A DNA stretch of 63,872 nucleotides, filler included, from Rhabdomonas costata (lineage: Eukaryota): the NCBI GenBank assembly GCA_019059605.1. It is 56 parts of 56 records of this genome, joined end to end, with 100 filler letters (N's around TTAATTAATTAA, not from the genome) between each part and the next. Parts side by side here need not be neighbours in the genome. Positions count along the whole stretch, not along the records: positions 1 to 1,042 come from JAHMHO010031793.1; positions 1,143 to 2,184 come from JAHMHO010031794.1; positions 2,285 to 3,326 come from JAHMHO010031795.1; positions 3,427 to 4,468 come from JAHMHO010031796.1; positions 4,569 to 5,610 come from JAHMHO010031797.1; positions 5,711 to 6,752 come from JAHMHO010031798.1; positions 6,853 to 7,894 come from JAHMHO010031799.1; positions 7,995 to 9,036 come from JAHMHO010031800.1; 48 more parts are not named here. One strand, given 5' to 3'. Below are positions 1 through 13,729 of this stretch, in pieces. How positions within the stretch are numbered: the first letter of the stretch is position 1; each line of letters starts with the position of its first letter. The position numbers were made by a program, and so were the translations under genes. The notes under the pieces were generated by a model that made no database searches, was not told the DNA's origin, and was given only the letters and a program-made list of their open reading frames with translations.

Positions 1-393
1 GGGTGTTGGTGCAGCATTTCTGGTGGATTTAAAACGACATGCCTCCGTCGCTGGACCCCTTCACCCCATCACTGTGGGAACTACTCCCCCTTTGCGTTCG
101 GACCGGTCGGAGGCATGTCGTTTTAAATCCACCAGAAATGCTGCACCGACAGCTCCCCCATTCCAGCAAGTCAGAGAATTTTCCCAAGGAGTATGCGAGA
201 TACTATGAGACAGATGGTAAACTGTTCCGGGAGTTTTTCACTGAGAAAGGTGTTGGGCGGAAGAAATTTCCCGAGCCGAATTTCTGGGCTTGGTGGCATT
301 GTGTTGATGTAACTCTCCCCTGTTTCACTGCTTGTGGTGCTGTTTTACAAACGAAGTTGTCGGACGGGGTGATGTCGCGGAGGTGAGGGGTAC

Positions 394-809
394 CGCAGAG
401 TGCGTGCAGGCTCTTCCCAAGAAGGGACAGCAGCACCCCGTAGGTCGCGTCCGGGGGGGAGGTGAGGTAGCCCCGCAGCATGGGCAGCACGGTGTCCCGG
501 CGGAAGGGCTCGTCCAGGAACTCCGCCAGGTCCACCAGCGCTGTCAGCGCACTGCGTTGCACTTCTGTATAAGCGCATCATAGCATCTGGGGTGTGCGCG
601 GGACTGCTTTCTGGCAAACAAAAACACAGCAGGGATGGCTTTTTTCAAAAAAGCAAACCATCACTTTTTTAGTATTTTAAAAATACTTACACGAGGCTTC
701 ATCGGTCTTCTACTGAGCTCCTCGAATACTCTCGCTCCACAGACCTTTTTCCTCGTCCACAAGAAGCTCCTGCAGCTCCTTCATGATGTGCTGCTTCGTC
801 TTCTCCACC
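394..809 (-). CDS. HEAT-repeat protein phosphatase regulatory subunit (PP4R4/PP4R1-like), two internal exons
   Basis: Exons 809-745 and 564-394 join in phase across a GT-AG intron: VEKTKQHIMKELQELLVDEEK/EVQRSALTALVDLAEFLDEPFRRDTVLPMLRGY...LLGKSLHALC; HEAT motif L..DE..EVQ.SAL..L..L. Confidence 0.65.
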
Positions 810-1042
810 CTGTGCGTGCAAAGGAGAGCGCCCATGTATATGCGGCAGAAAATCTGATCAACGATCATAACTCAATACACATTTTCCAGTCATTCTGATA
901 AGGATTTCATCATTCAGAATTAGGAATTAGGTAATTTGAATTGGGGTAAGGGCTAGGAAAAAATACAGCAAAACAGGACAAAGCTTCGGGGCACAACAGA
1001 CCCAATGTAAAAATTTTGAAATAAAACGCTTTGGGGGGGGGG

Positions 1043-1142
1043 NNNNNNNNNNNNNNNNNNNNNNNNNNNNNNNNNNNNNNNNNNNNTTAATTAATTAANN
1101 NNNNNNNNNNNNNNNNNNNNNNNNNNNNNNNNNNNNNNNNNN
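1043..1142. other. Artificial contig spacer (N44-TTAATTAATTAA-N44), recurring about every 1.14 kb throughout the window
   Basis: Identical 100-nt block with an all-frame stop linker between ~1.04-kb contigs; ORFs ending in XXX-LIN are artefacts of it. Confidence 0.99.
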
Positions 1143-4100
1143 ATCGGCGGAACTGCACTTAGAACAGGTAGCTCTGAATTCCCGAGGGCAACCTGTCTCC
1201 ACTCATTCAGCTCTTCTAAAGCTGTAAACATATCCATCCTCCCCTCCTCTAGAATACCAACCAAGTTCTCAGGAACTGGCTCACGAGGGGCTGAGCTTCG
1301 ACTTCTGTCTCAGATGACCCTTGACAAAAGTGCACTCTGGAAACCTCTGGAAAATGTCTGCGTCCCACGCATGTGACTTTTCTCCTCTATCTCTCGATGT
1401 GGAACACCTGGGTGATCTGGACCGTTACACTCTCCACTGCTAGGACGAAGGACGTCTCCAGCAGACAGCCAACGGCCGATAACCCGAACGGTCCACCTGT
1501 ATAACTGTGACAGCACCTTTTCCCCTGTAGATGTGGATTCCTCTATACCCGTGTATATGGTAATGGTATGTGTAGGTATAGCACTCGTCTTCGTGAAATA
1601 TGACATGATTCTGCACCAACTGTGGATGAGAAGGACACCAGCTGGCGCATCAGCACAACAGTCTGTGGAAATGCTCCCCACACACCACAAACCTCACACA
1701 TCTGGATTGAACGCAACGCTGTGGAAACACACCACAAACGCTCTGGAAACACAACACACACTCACACATCAGACACCATCATAGCTTCACAACCATAACC
1801 CTGCCTCTTCACCTCTGGATCTTCAATTGTGTGGGGTCCAAAATATCTATGTTACTTCAAAAGCAGGTCTTCTTCCTTTCCTGGCCTCTATGGAATGTGT
1901 CTTCGCTCGTCTAAGGCAAAATGCCTGAAAAACTCCGTTACCTGTCGATGAGGAAACTCCCCACTCTGGCTCCAGGTAATCCATACACTGTGTAGTACAA
2001 ACACTCTACCAAGGCGCAATGATCCACCTTCTCCTCCATCTGGAATCTAGAGTTCCTTGTGTGCTGTCCCAAATGTCCAGGGCATGTGGACTTCACGACG
2101 AATCTGAACGGAGCCAAGACCTTGTCTTGCACCTCTGTAGACAATGCCCCTGGTTGCTTCACCCTTACTCTGGGACACGGCACTNNNNNNNNNNNNNNNN
2201 NNNNNNNNNNNNNNNNNNNNNNNNNNNNTTAATTAATTAANNNNNNNNNNNNNNNNNNNNNNNNNNNNNNNNNNNNNNNNNNNNTGCTTGTTTATTGAAA
2301 TCAATGCAATTAGGTGTTGCCAAGGGTTCACTAAATAGCTTTATTTCGAAAACTTCCTGCACAAAAACCGATCCAACCAAGAAGGTCCTGTGGATGATCT
2401 ACGATGAACACGCAGAGTATAACAGGTGGTAGCAGAGTAGGTTACGGTTCTTGTTTTCACGTATGGTGGATTCTTACCTGGAGCAGCTGACGTGCGCGAG
2501 AAACGACCTCACCCAGGTCTTTATGCGTTTATGAGTGGTACGAAGCTCCAGAGCAGATTATGAATGGAAAGCCAAGACAAGCCAGTGACATTTTAGATCA
2601 TGTATGCATATTCAAGAAATACTTTTCTGGCGTCCACTGTTCTTTTTAAGCATAACCAAACCGGTGTGTAACCACCCCACGACGGCAGTCAGAGGCTGTG
2701 CACAATTCTCACTGGGCTGAACTGTAACATCGTTTATTTCTGCATCGACCAGAAAGTTCCTGAGAGCAATTCGTTGAAATATTTCCAAAACTGAAGAAAG
2801 ACTCCCTCCGCGCACTCTGGGCCCGCCTTTGTCAGGTCATCGCAAGCCTATCCCTGAGCGGCGATGGCGAACCTCCCTCTGAGGGGGTCGACGCTGTGTT
2901 CTCCAGCGTGGCGGACACGTGCAAGGATTCCTGCGATGCCATTTACCTCGTGTACACCACAGACCACAGTTTCCTAACTGTCACTGCGTCCGCTGTTTCT
3001 GCAACCCCCAGCAAAACCCCGTGACTTGAAATATTCCCACAACGTGCTGCCGCACTACCCCATAACAGTCAAAGTTGTGTAATTTAAGAGTGGGTAGTTG
3101 GGGGCGGGACGCCAACCCCACCAACCTGTATTTTACATTTTCCAAATACCTTGCCAAATACAAGAAAGTATTTGTATCACTTGTTGTTAAGCAAGACAGA
3201 CATATCATCTGATCGGACCCCCACTCCCCTTACCGCTACTCACCCACTTTTTTCCGAACCGTTCCCTGCCGTTTTGGACTATCCTCCACCCATTCCACCT
3301 ACCAAATATTAGCCTTTCATTCTCAGNNNNNNNNNNNNNNNNNNNNNNNNNNNNNNNNNNNNNNNNNNNNTTAATTAATTAANNNNNNNNNNNNNNNNNN
3401 NNNNNNNNNNNNNNNNNNNNNNNNNNTTGTGGGGTGGAGGTGTCTCCCCACAGTCGAAGTCGAGAACTCCAGTGGAAGGCTGAGGAAGATAATGGTATTG
3501 ATCCATCGGAGTTGCAAGATAAATTGAGAAGATCGAATTGAAGGAAGGTTCACAAAGATGGGATGGAGAGTCCTCACAACTCAGTAGAGGAGGAGGAAGA
3601 TGGTGTCAAAGGACTGGAACCAGTGTGGAGTCCATACTCGGAAGAGGAGGGAGTTGAAGTTGTAGGTGCTGACGTTGAACCAAGTGGTAGATGGCGAGCC
3701 ACTGACGTAAACCACATGTTGGCACACGTCACATGGTCATTTACGACCAGAGAAACTACACCACAGTGTGCGTGTTGGTATGACCAACCAATGGTATGCT
3801 GCCATAGTAGTAGTTGTATGAATGGTAGAAGTAGAGCGCAAGTGTAGTGACAGTGCAACGCTGATCCATACACCTGAGGCACTATTCCTATTCTGCGGCG
3901 GTCGTGGCAGTGTTGGTACCGACAGTGGTATCAGCATATAACCCCTGTAGTGGAATGGGCGTAACACACCATGTAATCCGCTTCCGTTCATCACTCTTTA
4001 TTCCTACTCCGCATCCACTCACTGCGCGACTGCATGCTATGTGTAAGAGATTGAATGGCCAACGGCAGGGAGTAAGAAAGAGAGAAGAATAGAAGAAGAG

Positions 4101-7100
4101 TTGAAGAGGCCCTCCGGACCACGCTCTCACTACGTTTGTTACGCTACACTCCACTCACTCCGTTTGTAATGTCCATAAAAGAGGAAGAAGAAGAAGAAGA
4201 AGAGCAAGAACAACAAAACCATCAGCCAGCACCCATCCGCTACGCCATCCAGAACCATGTGGTTGGTCGTGGTGCTCGTTATCGTGCCGGTGCTGGTCGT
4301 CGTTCTCCTCCGGGGCGTCAAGCCCCATGTCTTCGCGCCTCTTCTGACATAGATGTGTATCTGCTCTACTCGCCATCTCCGTGCTGCACGACAGGGTTGT
4401 GGTGGTGAGGGGTGGGTCCAGAGCATCGCCATCACCACCATGAACGGCATCCGGAAGAAACACCCCCCNNNNNNNNNNNNNNNNNNNNNNNNNNNNNNNN
4501 NNNNNNNNNNNNTTAATTAATTAANNNNNNNNNNNNNNNNNNNNNNNNNNNNNNNNNNNNNNNNNNNNGGGGGTTTGGGAAAAAGTGAAACCAGTAAGAT
4601 GATGAGATGATGAGAGAACCCCAGCACACATGTTCCGCCACCACGTTAAGCAAGCGAAAAATAGAGATAACAGAGGAAATACATAAAGGAAGGACAGAGC
4701 TAGAAAGGAGGCAGTCAGCGCAACGGGGACATACTTCCGAAGGTGCGCCGGCGGTCCATGTAGTCCCCCAGACGGCCATCATCGTAGTAGTAGCCAGGGT
4801 TGTAGTTCTGCATGGCTGGGGCTTTTTTGTGATTGTGATTGGAAAACTTTCTGGACAAAGAAGGCAAAGCAACTGCACACCTGAAAGGACAAAATGAAAA
4901 GGAGTCGCAGACGCAAAAGCAAATACGCACACGGCGAAAAATAATTGCGCAGCTGGAGGCATTTCAGTACCAAGCGGCTGCTTCTTGCACCAGCTGGTCA
5001 GTACGCAAGGCCAATGAACGGTTCGGGGATGACAATACAAGAGGGATTCAATTATTTTATGTACGAAGGCCTGGATGGGTGGGGACGTTCCCTGGAGTGG
5101 GGATGCTCCGTTTTGCAGCGGGTTTAGCCGTTTAGCGAAACCCATCTCTCAACTCTGCGATCTCCCTGAGTAGAGTGGTAAACGCCCCCCTCCTCCTTGA
5201 GGATGGGTTTCCCCGTGAAGGCGAAGGAGTGCACGAACGAGCGCACCGAGCGGTTTTCCTCCGCAGGGGCGGCACATCCGAATCCTCTCTCATTTCAAAA
5301 ACCCATCAAACAGAAGCGGACGGGTATCAGACTTTGTGCTTGTTGACCCACCCCAACACACACAGCGCAGGGGATACAGATGCCCGGGAGGGCTCTCCGC
5401 CTTTTCGTTGCACGTAATCACACGCAGTGGATGGAACGCCAGCGCTAAGGTACAAAATTCCTTTCTCTTGAGCTTTTCCCTTTGGCCAGTTGCTCATGTA
5501 ATATATGCCTCTGGCGCAGGTAAGAGAAGCAGCAGATGTAAACATAGCAGAATCCAAAGAAGACGCAAACACAGAGAGAAAAAATGGGGGTCCATGGCAA
5601 CACCAAAAACNNNNNNNNNNNNNNNNNNNNNNNNNNNNNNNNNNNNNNNNNNNNTTAATTAATTAANNNNNNNNNNNNNNNNNNNNNNNNNNNNNNNNNN
5701 NNNNNNNNNNTTCCGGAGATCGAGGTTGAGATAGCAGAACTTCCGTGCTCTTACTCAGTTGGAGCTCTGCGATTAGGCGAGGTCTAGCAGCCCTAGCACA
5801 GTGTATCTAACCCCCCCCCTTCTTTTTTCTTCAAAAATAAGGCTAGCTCCACCTGAAAAGTGAAGTCTTTTTTGTGCTCCCTCCCCACCTTCATAGTCTT
5901 CCTTCACACCTGCCACCCTCGTCTGCTCTGGGATTATTGCGAGCAAAAATATTTCCCACGTTGGCGAGACCCCTATCTTGCTCGCTTGCGTTTAAGGATG
6001 CTGTTTGACTTTTTTATTAAAAAAAAAGCTCGCAGTGATTGAGGGCCGGGGGCGCCGCAGGTGCGGCGGTTTTCGGAGTAAATATCCAGTCCTTTCAGAC
6101 TTTAAGTTCGTGTGTGTGTGTGGGGGGGTGAAAGCAGCGAGGCACTGTCCACGTGGACAACCACGAGGTCCATATGCTTCGCCGCTGCCAGGAATATCTC
6201 CCGATCGAGCAGACACCGTGTGCCCCAAAGCATAAGGGCAAGCCTGGGGCACATTGAGCGAATGCATGGTGGAACCCTGTTGCCCCTTCTCCCCTTTTCC
6301 TTCAACGGCTCAGTAGCAGCAACCTCATCCTCCCCTTCACCACCTTCTCTGCGGAAAAGAAGCTCAACAAGAAGCAAACAAAAAGGTTTCCACAGCCTGA
6401 GCTGTAAAGTGCAACCCAAAAAGCACACAGAGGATAGCAAAGCATCTGGGGTGCATAGTTGGGCCCAGCTCAGGTCAGTGCAACCCCAGAGCAAGGCGGA
6501 CCAGGAACAAAAACAACGGAGAGGCAGCTGCGGCGGCGGCGGGGGGGGGGGCAGCTGCCCCAGTATGAAAAAAAGGTGCTTCTTTTCAATTTGTTTTGGC
6601 GGCGGTGTGTCCGCAAGAGCGGACGCGAGCAAAGGCTCCTGTGCCAATCAACACGCAAACACAAAAACGCACTCACGCACACGCACAGTCGAAAGCCTTG
6701 CAGCTGAGAGCGTCAGCTGGAATCAAGGGAACGAAGGGAACGACAACAAACANNNNNNNNNNNNNNNNNNNNNNNNNNNNNNNNNNNNNNNNNNNNTTAA
6801 TTAATTAANNNNNNNNNNNNNNNNNNNNNNNNNNNNNNNNNNNNNNNNNNNNATGTGCAATTCTGCAGGGATTATTTCCTTTCTTTTCAGTTGTCTTCTT
6901 GACTTGGGGATATTGTGTTTATTTGCTCGTGTTTGAATCTTTTTTACAGCATTTCGTCAACCGGTTGGCTGGTTGAGAAACGTTGATTTGGAGACATGCC
7001 AGAACGCAAAATTTTCATAATCTCAGCTGGGCATCATCTGGAGCACTTTTTCGGGGGCACCCCCTGTAGTACCGGATCTCCTGAAGATGACGGACAGGAC

Positions 7101-8149
7101 TGCGGTCATGACAAACGTGTCCGTTTTCAATTTTTTAGCACTGCTTGTCCCGTCTCCATTTCGGGGGAGGGGGGTCACCCCTTCCCTTTCTCCTTTACCC
7201 TTCCTCACGTTCTCTCTGCGGCGTACCCGCAGTCTGAGTCTGGGCTTCCCGGGGCGAGTGAGCTTCCGCGCAGCTTTGGAAGCGGCCGAGGAAGGGCCAC
7301 CCCTTCTGCGGCAATCCATGGCCCCGCGGCAGCTGGTGGAGCCGGGGCGGGGACCTCCCCAGGCAAGGCCAGCGTGCGGATGCAGAGCAAGCTCCCCTCA
7401 CGATACCGCGTTCCGAACTGGGGCACCAAGGGCAGGTGCGGAGGGAGGGGCGTTGAGGAGTGTCCCGCTCTGTCCCTGCAGCTCCTCGCTGCAGTGCGCG
7501 TTTTGTGTGTGTAAAGATGAAGGACGGGTTTCAGTTCCAGGATATGTGCTCCTATAGGGTTGTGGGTACTTGGGGTTGGTGGGAATATTGGCATGTATAT
7601 CTCCGGCGGAGCTTAAGTTGCTTGCCAGCTGAAAGAATAAGCAAGGTGAAAAACCCACACGGAAAATTCCTTCCTCGTGTCTTTCGCTCCGCTGACGGGA
7701 GTGCCCTGCCAGGCGAGCTTGTCGTTGGGCTGTCCGTGCCGTGTCAATGCCGGAGGGGTGCACCTTCTGGGTTTTTTTTCATGAAATTCGAGGTATTCCC
7801 TGCAATGTGTCGTGATGTGCGAGCCTGGGAATTCATTCGTTATACTGTCCCCTGGGGTGCTGGGGTGTGACTCAGGAGGGCGAGGGGCTGATGCNNNNNN
7901 NNNNNNNNNNNNNNNNNNNNNNNNNNNNNNNNNNNNNNTTAATTAATTAANNNNNNNNNNNNNNNNNNNNNNNNNNNNNNNNNNNNNNNNNNNNGTGGTG
8001 GTGGTGTGTGTGTGTTGTGTGCTCGCATAGGACGAGAAAAAACCAAGGCCGAAAACCTGCGCAAACACGCTGTGCTGAGTAAGGTTCATGCCACAGTAAT
8101 TTCAGGTTTTAAAGCAACATAATTCAAAATTTCCTCGGGAACATCACCG

Positions 8150-8845
8150 AGAAAAACGAGGTCTGCATCCTGGCTGACAAGGGCGTGTGTTTGGCCAGGA
8201 CGGTGGCGCTCCTGCCGCTGCATCCCCTGCAGGATCTTCAACTCGGCCTCTCCAGGGGCTCCAGAAGGAGACACCACCACAGCAATATCCCTAAAGAAGC
8301 CGAGGGGACAAAAAGTCTCCGGTATGCAATAACTAGGCCAATTTAATTCGGTGTAGTTGGGTCCAGTGGGGTCCAACATGGACTGCCTCAATCAGACAGA
8401 CCCGATCAAAATTAGGGGCTGACAACTCTATATGCTGCTCAAACATGCGCAAAACGGTGATATAAAAATTTTAAGCGCTACCACGGGAGTGCTGGAACCG
8501 CACCAGTCGCGAAACAAGGAGGTACGGTTTGCCCAATGCACGTGAAACTTTGCAGGAAACTTTACGTCCGACCGACAAAAAGGGAAGTCGCCCCGAAACC
8601 AAAATGGGAGCCACTCCAAAACAGTAGCAAGATGCTAATGCGGGCGACACTCGCACTTCTGCTGGTTCCTCGCCAGGTAAGTGCAACTCCAGTATGCCAA
8701 TGCAGACTCAACGTCGGCCATGAAATCCGTGCCCGGGGTAACCGCAGCAGTGCTTGAAACGCCTCTGGCACGCCTTCGCTGTTGCTGGGGCAGCTTCGCC
8801 GCAGGTCCGGGCCCGTCCATGACCAAGTGCAATGCATTCCCAGGA
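8150..8845 (-). CDS. Divergent XRN-family 5'-3' exoribonuclease, N-terminal catalytic region, two exons
   Basis: Exon 8845-8657 (LHLVMDGPGPAAKLPQQQRRR...VTPGTDFM) splices in phase to exon 8290-~8150 (VVVSPSGAPGEAELKI...HALVSQDADL); matches XRN motifs DG..P.AK..QQR.RR, ITPGT.FM, PGEGEHK, DADL. Confidence 0.85.
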
Positions 8846-9136
8846 CTGCAAACCCCACCACCGCAGTGCAATCCGAGTTTGGATAGTTTGCCTACCTTAC
8901 TGGAATTCCTAATCTAGTATGGCATCCAAGGTATAAAAATATTCTTGAACAACATTTTACCCGACATTTGGAGAAGCACGGCACCCTTTGGGCTGACCCC
9001 ACCCCACCCCTCAACACCAAAACCACACACCCAACCNNNNNNNNNNNNNNNNNNNNNNNNNNNNNNNNNNNNNNNNNNNNTTAATTAATTAANNNNNNNN
9101 NNNNNNNNNNNNNNNNNNNNNNNNNNNNNNNNNNNN

Positions 9137-9480
9137 AGACCGAGGTCCTTAGGGTGTCTAGTGATGATACCCAGGAGTACTTCAGACTGACATCACATTT
9201 GTGTGAGATAGACCACGTTAGTGCACCTCTAAGGGGCTTTTAGGGTCGTTTTTAAGCCTTTTTCAGCCCTTTTGCCTTGACAGTTTCCAAAGAACCCCCA
9301 AAGCGCCATTTTAAGGCCTTTTCAGGGTCAAGACCAGCGCTCAAGCTCTCAGACCGAGGTCCTTAGGGTGTCTAGTGATGATACCCAGCGGTACTTCAGA
9401 CTGACATCACATTTGTGTGAGATAGACCACGTTAGTGCACCTCTAAGGGGCTTTTAGGGTCGTTTTTAAGCCTTTTTTAG
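9137..9480. repeat. Direct repeat, ~130 bp duplicated at 214-bp spacing
   Basis: agaccgaggtccttagggtgtctagtgatgatacccag... at 9137 and 9351. Confidence 0.9.
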
Positions 9481-9682
9481 CTCTTGTGCCTGTGGTGCCT
9501 GTGGTGGTTGTGGAGATTTTGAATGAAAAAAAGGCGGAATTCACATGGCGCAGTTGCATTTTGCCCCTCGATTTGTTGTCCTCTGTGTTTTTCAGGAGTT
9601 TCCTGTTGTTAATTCACTCCCAGGTCGTCGTAAGTGTTCTGCTTCTTCATTGGTAAACACCCAAGCTAATCTATTCACCAAA

Positions 9683-10180
9683 TCGACCATTTTATATGAC
9701 AAAACTCGATTTAAAAAGGGGCCATCACTATGGAAAAAATGGACAATAATTCACCATCTCGCGTGCAAACGCTTCTCAGGTCTTGTTCCCTCCCAATAAT
9801 GATTAGTTACCATGAAGCGTTTTGAAAATACTCCACTTCCGCCGACAATGGCTCCTGGGCCACATTTTAGGCTCGTTTTTCGCCTGTTTTTGGCTCATTT
9901 CTGACCCATTTTGCCCTATTTATGCCCATTTCGCCCGTTTTGGGGCAATTTTAAGTGATTTTCTCCTAAAAACTCGACCCCCCTGCCCCCTTGTGGTCAA
10001 TGTTGCATCGGAAAATACGAAAACCGCGTGTCCCAGCGGTGTATTTGCTGGTTTCGACCATTTTATATGACAAAACTCGATTTAAAAAGGGGCCATCACT
10101 ATGGAAAAAATGGACAATAATTCACCATCTCGCGTGCAAACGCTTCTCAGGTCTTGTTCCCTCCCAATAATGATTAGTTA
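9683..10180. repeat. Direct repeat, ~127 bp duplicated at 371-bp spacing
   Basis: tcgaccattttatatgacaaaactcgatttaaaaagggg... at 9683 and 10054. Confidence 0.9.
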
Positions 10181-11459
10181 NNNNNNNNNNNNNNNNNNNN
10201 NNNNNNNNNNNNNNNNNNNNNNNNTTAATTAATTAANNNNNNNNNNNNNNNNNNNNNNNNNNNNNNNNNNNNNNNNNNNNGGGGTTGTGTGCAGGTTGCA
10301 AATTGCCATTTGCTTCTTGAGGTGGCTGTGGTTTCTGCCTCCATGTAAAAAGGCCGTCTTGCTCAAGTGTGCCCAAATGCACCAAGCCCTGAGCGCCAAG
10401 AAGTTGGGATAACTTATTAGAAAATTGCATCTATTATGCTTTAGCGGTGTCAGACGTGTGAATTGTTCGAGACGGTTAGGTGGTTAACGGCGCGTAACGG
10501 CCCTTTATGGGGAAGAGTCGGGCAGCTGTTTCTCATTCAGCTCTAGAAGCAGGTGATTCTGCTTACGCGGGGAAACCTTTGCCTCCAACTCCTGTCTCCC
10601 TGTCTCCCTCTCCCGGTTTCAGCTGGAACGGATGACCCAGGAGTCGCTTGCCCGCTTTGCCTACAGCAGCCTCTACCTGGAGCCTGAGAAGGTTTACCCC
10701 ACACGCTCTGTCGACGAGGATGACAACGATAACATCCTCACCGTGATTTATTCGATGGGTCTTTTTTCCTCAGTTTTTTTTTTTGCGTTTTGTATACACC
10801 TCTCCGACACTTGGCAGTTATTACCTGCGATCTGGAAAGGTTCTAAGTAGTACAAAGGCCTCGCCGATTCAGTACAACGGTCGACGACGCCCACTAAGTT
10901 GCAAGGGGATAGGGCATGAGAAGAGGGCGTGTGAAAGGGAGATTGGACAGGGGAAGGAGACGGAAGGAACCAGAACAGCAGGGGAATGAACAAGTGTGAG
11001 TGAGCGAGGGAGGGAGATAGCGTGCGGAAAAAACTGACGTGAGGGCGAGAGGACGGGAAAGAAGAAAGAGAGAAGAAGAAGAATTGGCTGGAGCGAAGAA
11101 GAAGTATGGTGGAATGGAAGGGAGTGATGCTATGGGATGCGGTTTTGGAAAGTGCTCGTGGATATGACGGACGAAATAAGAAGAGAGAAATGGAGAGAGG
11201 AAGGGAGAAGAGGGAGTGGGGGAGTGCAAAGATTCGAGCGGAAAGGTTTGTTTGAAGTTGAAGTCAATCAATGCAGAAATGCAGAAAAGTGCTGGCGGGG
11301 AAGAAGTCTTCCCAAACCCACANNNNNNNNNNNNNNNNNNNNNNNNNNNNNNNNNNNNNNNNNNNNTTAATTAATTAANNNNNNNNNNNNNNNNNNNNNN
11401 NNNNNNNNNNNNNNNNNNNNNNGGTTTGTGGACTTGTTAAGGGGCTTGAAGGGCTGGGA

Positions 11460-11504
<45 letters not shown>

Positions 11505-11850
11505 CAGCCGTTGGTCAACGCTGCCACAAAGACAGCGGGTTGGAGTTGGGGTTCGGAGGGGGGGCAGGTGAGTTTTTTCAAGGTCCTGGATGAAATGGGC
11601 CGCGAAGCACAGATGCTAGATGGGAACCTGTCACCGCCCTCCACATAGAACAGGCCAAAGTACCAGTCTGCATCTGCATTTTGGCGGGTCAGATATTGTT
11701 CAGGGTGGCGCGCCCAAAGTGGGGCTGCTTAGGCGGGAAGGGGGCAGCGGAGTGTCTTTGTGTTCGTTACGACGTTTTTTATTTGTATGCCCACTTTTGA
11801 GCAATGTCACTATTGGTATCCTCGACAACAAAAATGCCTCCTCCCCTCAG

Positions 11851-12336
11851 GAGTTTCGGGCCTACCTTCCCGAGGCCGTGCTGCACCACGGCCGTCTAAG
11901 CCCCGAGGAGAGCTTCCTGAGGCCCTCCGCCCTCTCGATTCACCAACCCCGCTCCAGCACCCGCCCTGTCCTCCGCCCCACTACCCTTCCCGGCATGGTG
12001 CCTCCGAGCCCGTCTCTTGCATATCGCCCAACCACCGCCACTGCCACCGTCGATCCCGCCGACAATGGCGCGGATTTCAACATCCCTCGCTCGAGAAGCA
12101 GTGAGGACGCGGGGTCCTCGCCCTCCCGGCACCTCTCCTCCGCTGTGGAGGTTGCGTCCGTAGTACCCCCCACCTCGGCCCGAGGGGGCTGGCCCTCTGT
12201 GGGTTGGCAGATCGGGAGCCTATCCGCGCGCACGGTGTCCGTGCTGCAGGTCGACGTGGTGGGTTTCCATTTGCTTGCCTCGGAGGAGGCCTCAATGCTT
12301 TCCGCCCATTCTGCCGTGCTTCAGGCCTCGAGCCAG
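11851..12336 (+). CDS. Class III nucleotidyl (adenylate/guanylate) cyclase-like protein, internal exon
   Basis: cag|EFRAYLPEAVL...low-complexity linker...RTVSVLQVDVVGFH...SQ|gt; resembles the F..Y.P helix and V(T/S).LF.DI.GF start of the cyclase domain. Confidence 0.6.
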
Positions 12337-13729
12337 GTTCCTGGGTGTGATGTTGGACTATAATGGGAGTCGTGATTCCTACCTGTGTGTGTGTGCAGTG
12401 CAATTGTGGTAGTGACCACTAGTTAACTGCTTTTTGGTCTAAAGCAGTTAACTAGTGGTCACTACCACAACACCNNNNNNNNNNNNNNNNNNNNNNNNNN
12501 NNNNNNNNNNNNNNNNNNTTAATTAATTAANNNNNNNNNNNNNNNNNNNNNNNNNNNNNNNNNNNNNNNNNNNNTTTTGGTGGTAAAGATGGAAATTGGG
12601 AACCGTCGACAGACAATAGAGCAAGTACTGCAGAGAATCAGGAGCCAATGACACACTACAATTTGAAATGTTGTGTCAACAAGCGTGCAAAAAGGCCGGT
12701 GCGTACATGGCACTTCAGACACGGCACCCTGGTCGCGTAGCCGAACCTGTGAACGTTTTTTTTGGGGGGGGGCGATTAATGAACTCTCGCACAGACAATG
12801 GACCACGCCATCAGTTTTGTGCCCTTTTCGGACGCCCAGACGGCCGGGCTGAACATTGCCGTCCTCGGGGACAGTTCTGGGTTGCCACCTTCCCCGCTCC
12901 CTCTGCATTCCTCTTCCCTTAAGCTTTGCCTTTCTTTTGCTTTGAAATTCCCGAATCTTTGAGCAGGATGTGCGGTGATGTGCGGTCATTCCTCTTCTGG
13001 GGTTCAGTGGAGGCGCAAAAGGAATCTAAAACCCCACCGGAAGACGGTAGAGTGGTCCAACACATATCGCCTCTCTTTCCCTTTAACATCGATTTATTAT
13101 TGCAAAATTTCAAATTATTGCAAATTATTGCAAAATTTCCCCCCCCCCTCCGTGCGTCATATATTTTATTCGTTGACCATTGATATCCACATGTTCTGAT
13201 ATTTTCGACCCTTTCTGCAACACAAGGTTTATTTAATCCTATTGTTGGTGTCTGTTTTGATGTATTCCTTCATGTTTGTGGGCGATTTCGAAATTCTACT
13301 AGATTACTGGCCAACCCACCCACACAATCGGCACGTTTTCCGCCCTCGAAGTGGTATCGCTCATTGCGCTGTAAAACGTCCAAAATAAAACGTGGAAGCT
13401 ACGAAGTCCCAACCAACCAAAGGACATCCACAGCTTCGAAAACCTCCGCACTGCTGAAGAAAACTGGATCGTTCATGGCGCAATTGAGCGCGCAGTGAAG
13501 CATGAAGGGAGAAACAAGCAGGCCTGCTTGAAAAGTGTCGTCAAACGCAACGCCGTCGGTGGCCTTGCCGATGGAGGTGTCTGAGGGCTCAAGCTGCAGC
13601 CTGCAAAAATGCAAATNNNNNNNNNNNNNNNNNNNNNNNNNNNNNNNNNNNNNNNNNNNNTTAATTAATTAANNNNNNNNNNNNNNNNNNNNNNNNNNNN
13701 NNNNNNNNNNNNNNNNGGGTGGGTGTGTT

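Noticed and set aside
1087..1098. Regularly spaced TTAATTAATTAA as a CRISPR-like or biological repeat
   Set aside because: Synthetic linker embedded in N runs
1143..2184. Degenerate LTR-retrotransposon pol (RYFGPHTI-like motif on the minus strand)
   Set aside because: Frames are full of stops and no RT or integrase catalytic motif is recognisable
5711..5810. Possible snRNA or structured RNA
   Set aside because: No U1/U2 signature, Sm site or spliced-leader sequence recognisable
12404..12470. Terminal hairpins as miRNA precursors, terminators or hairpin telomeres
   Set aside because: Always at contig ends, unrelated sequences, and two cut exons; best explained as amplification fold-backs
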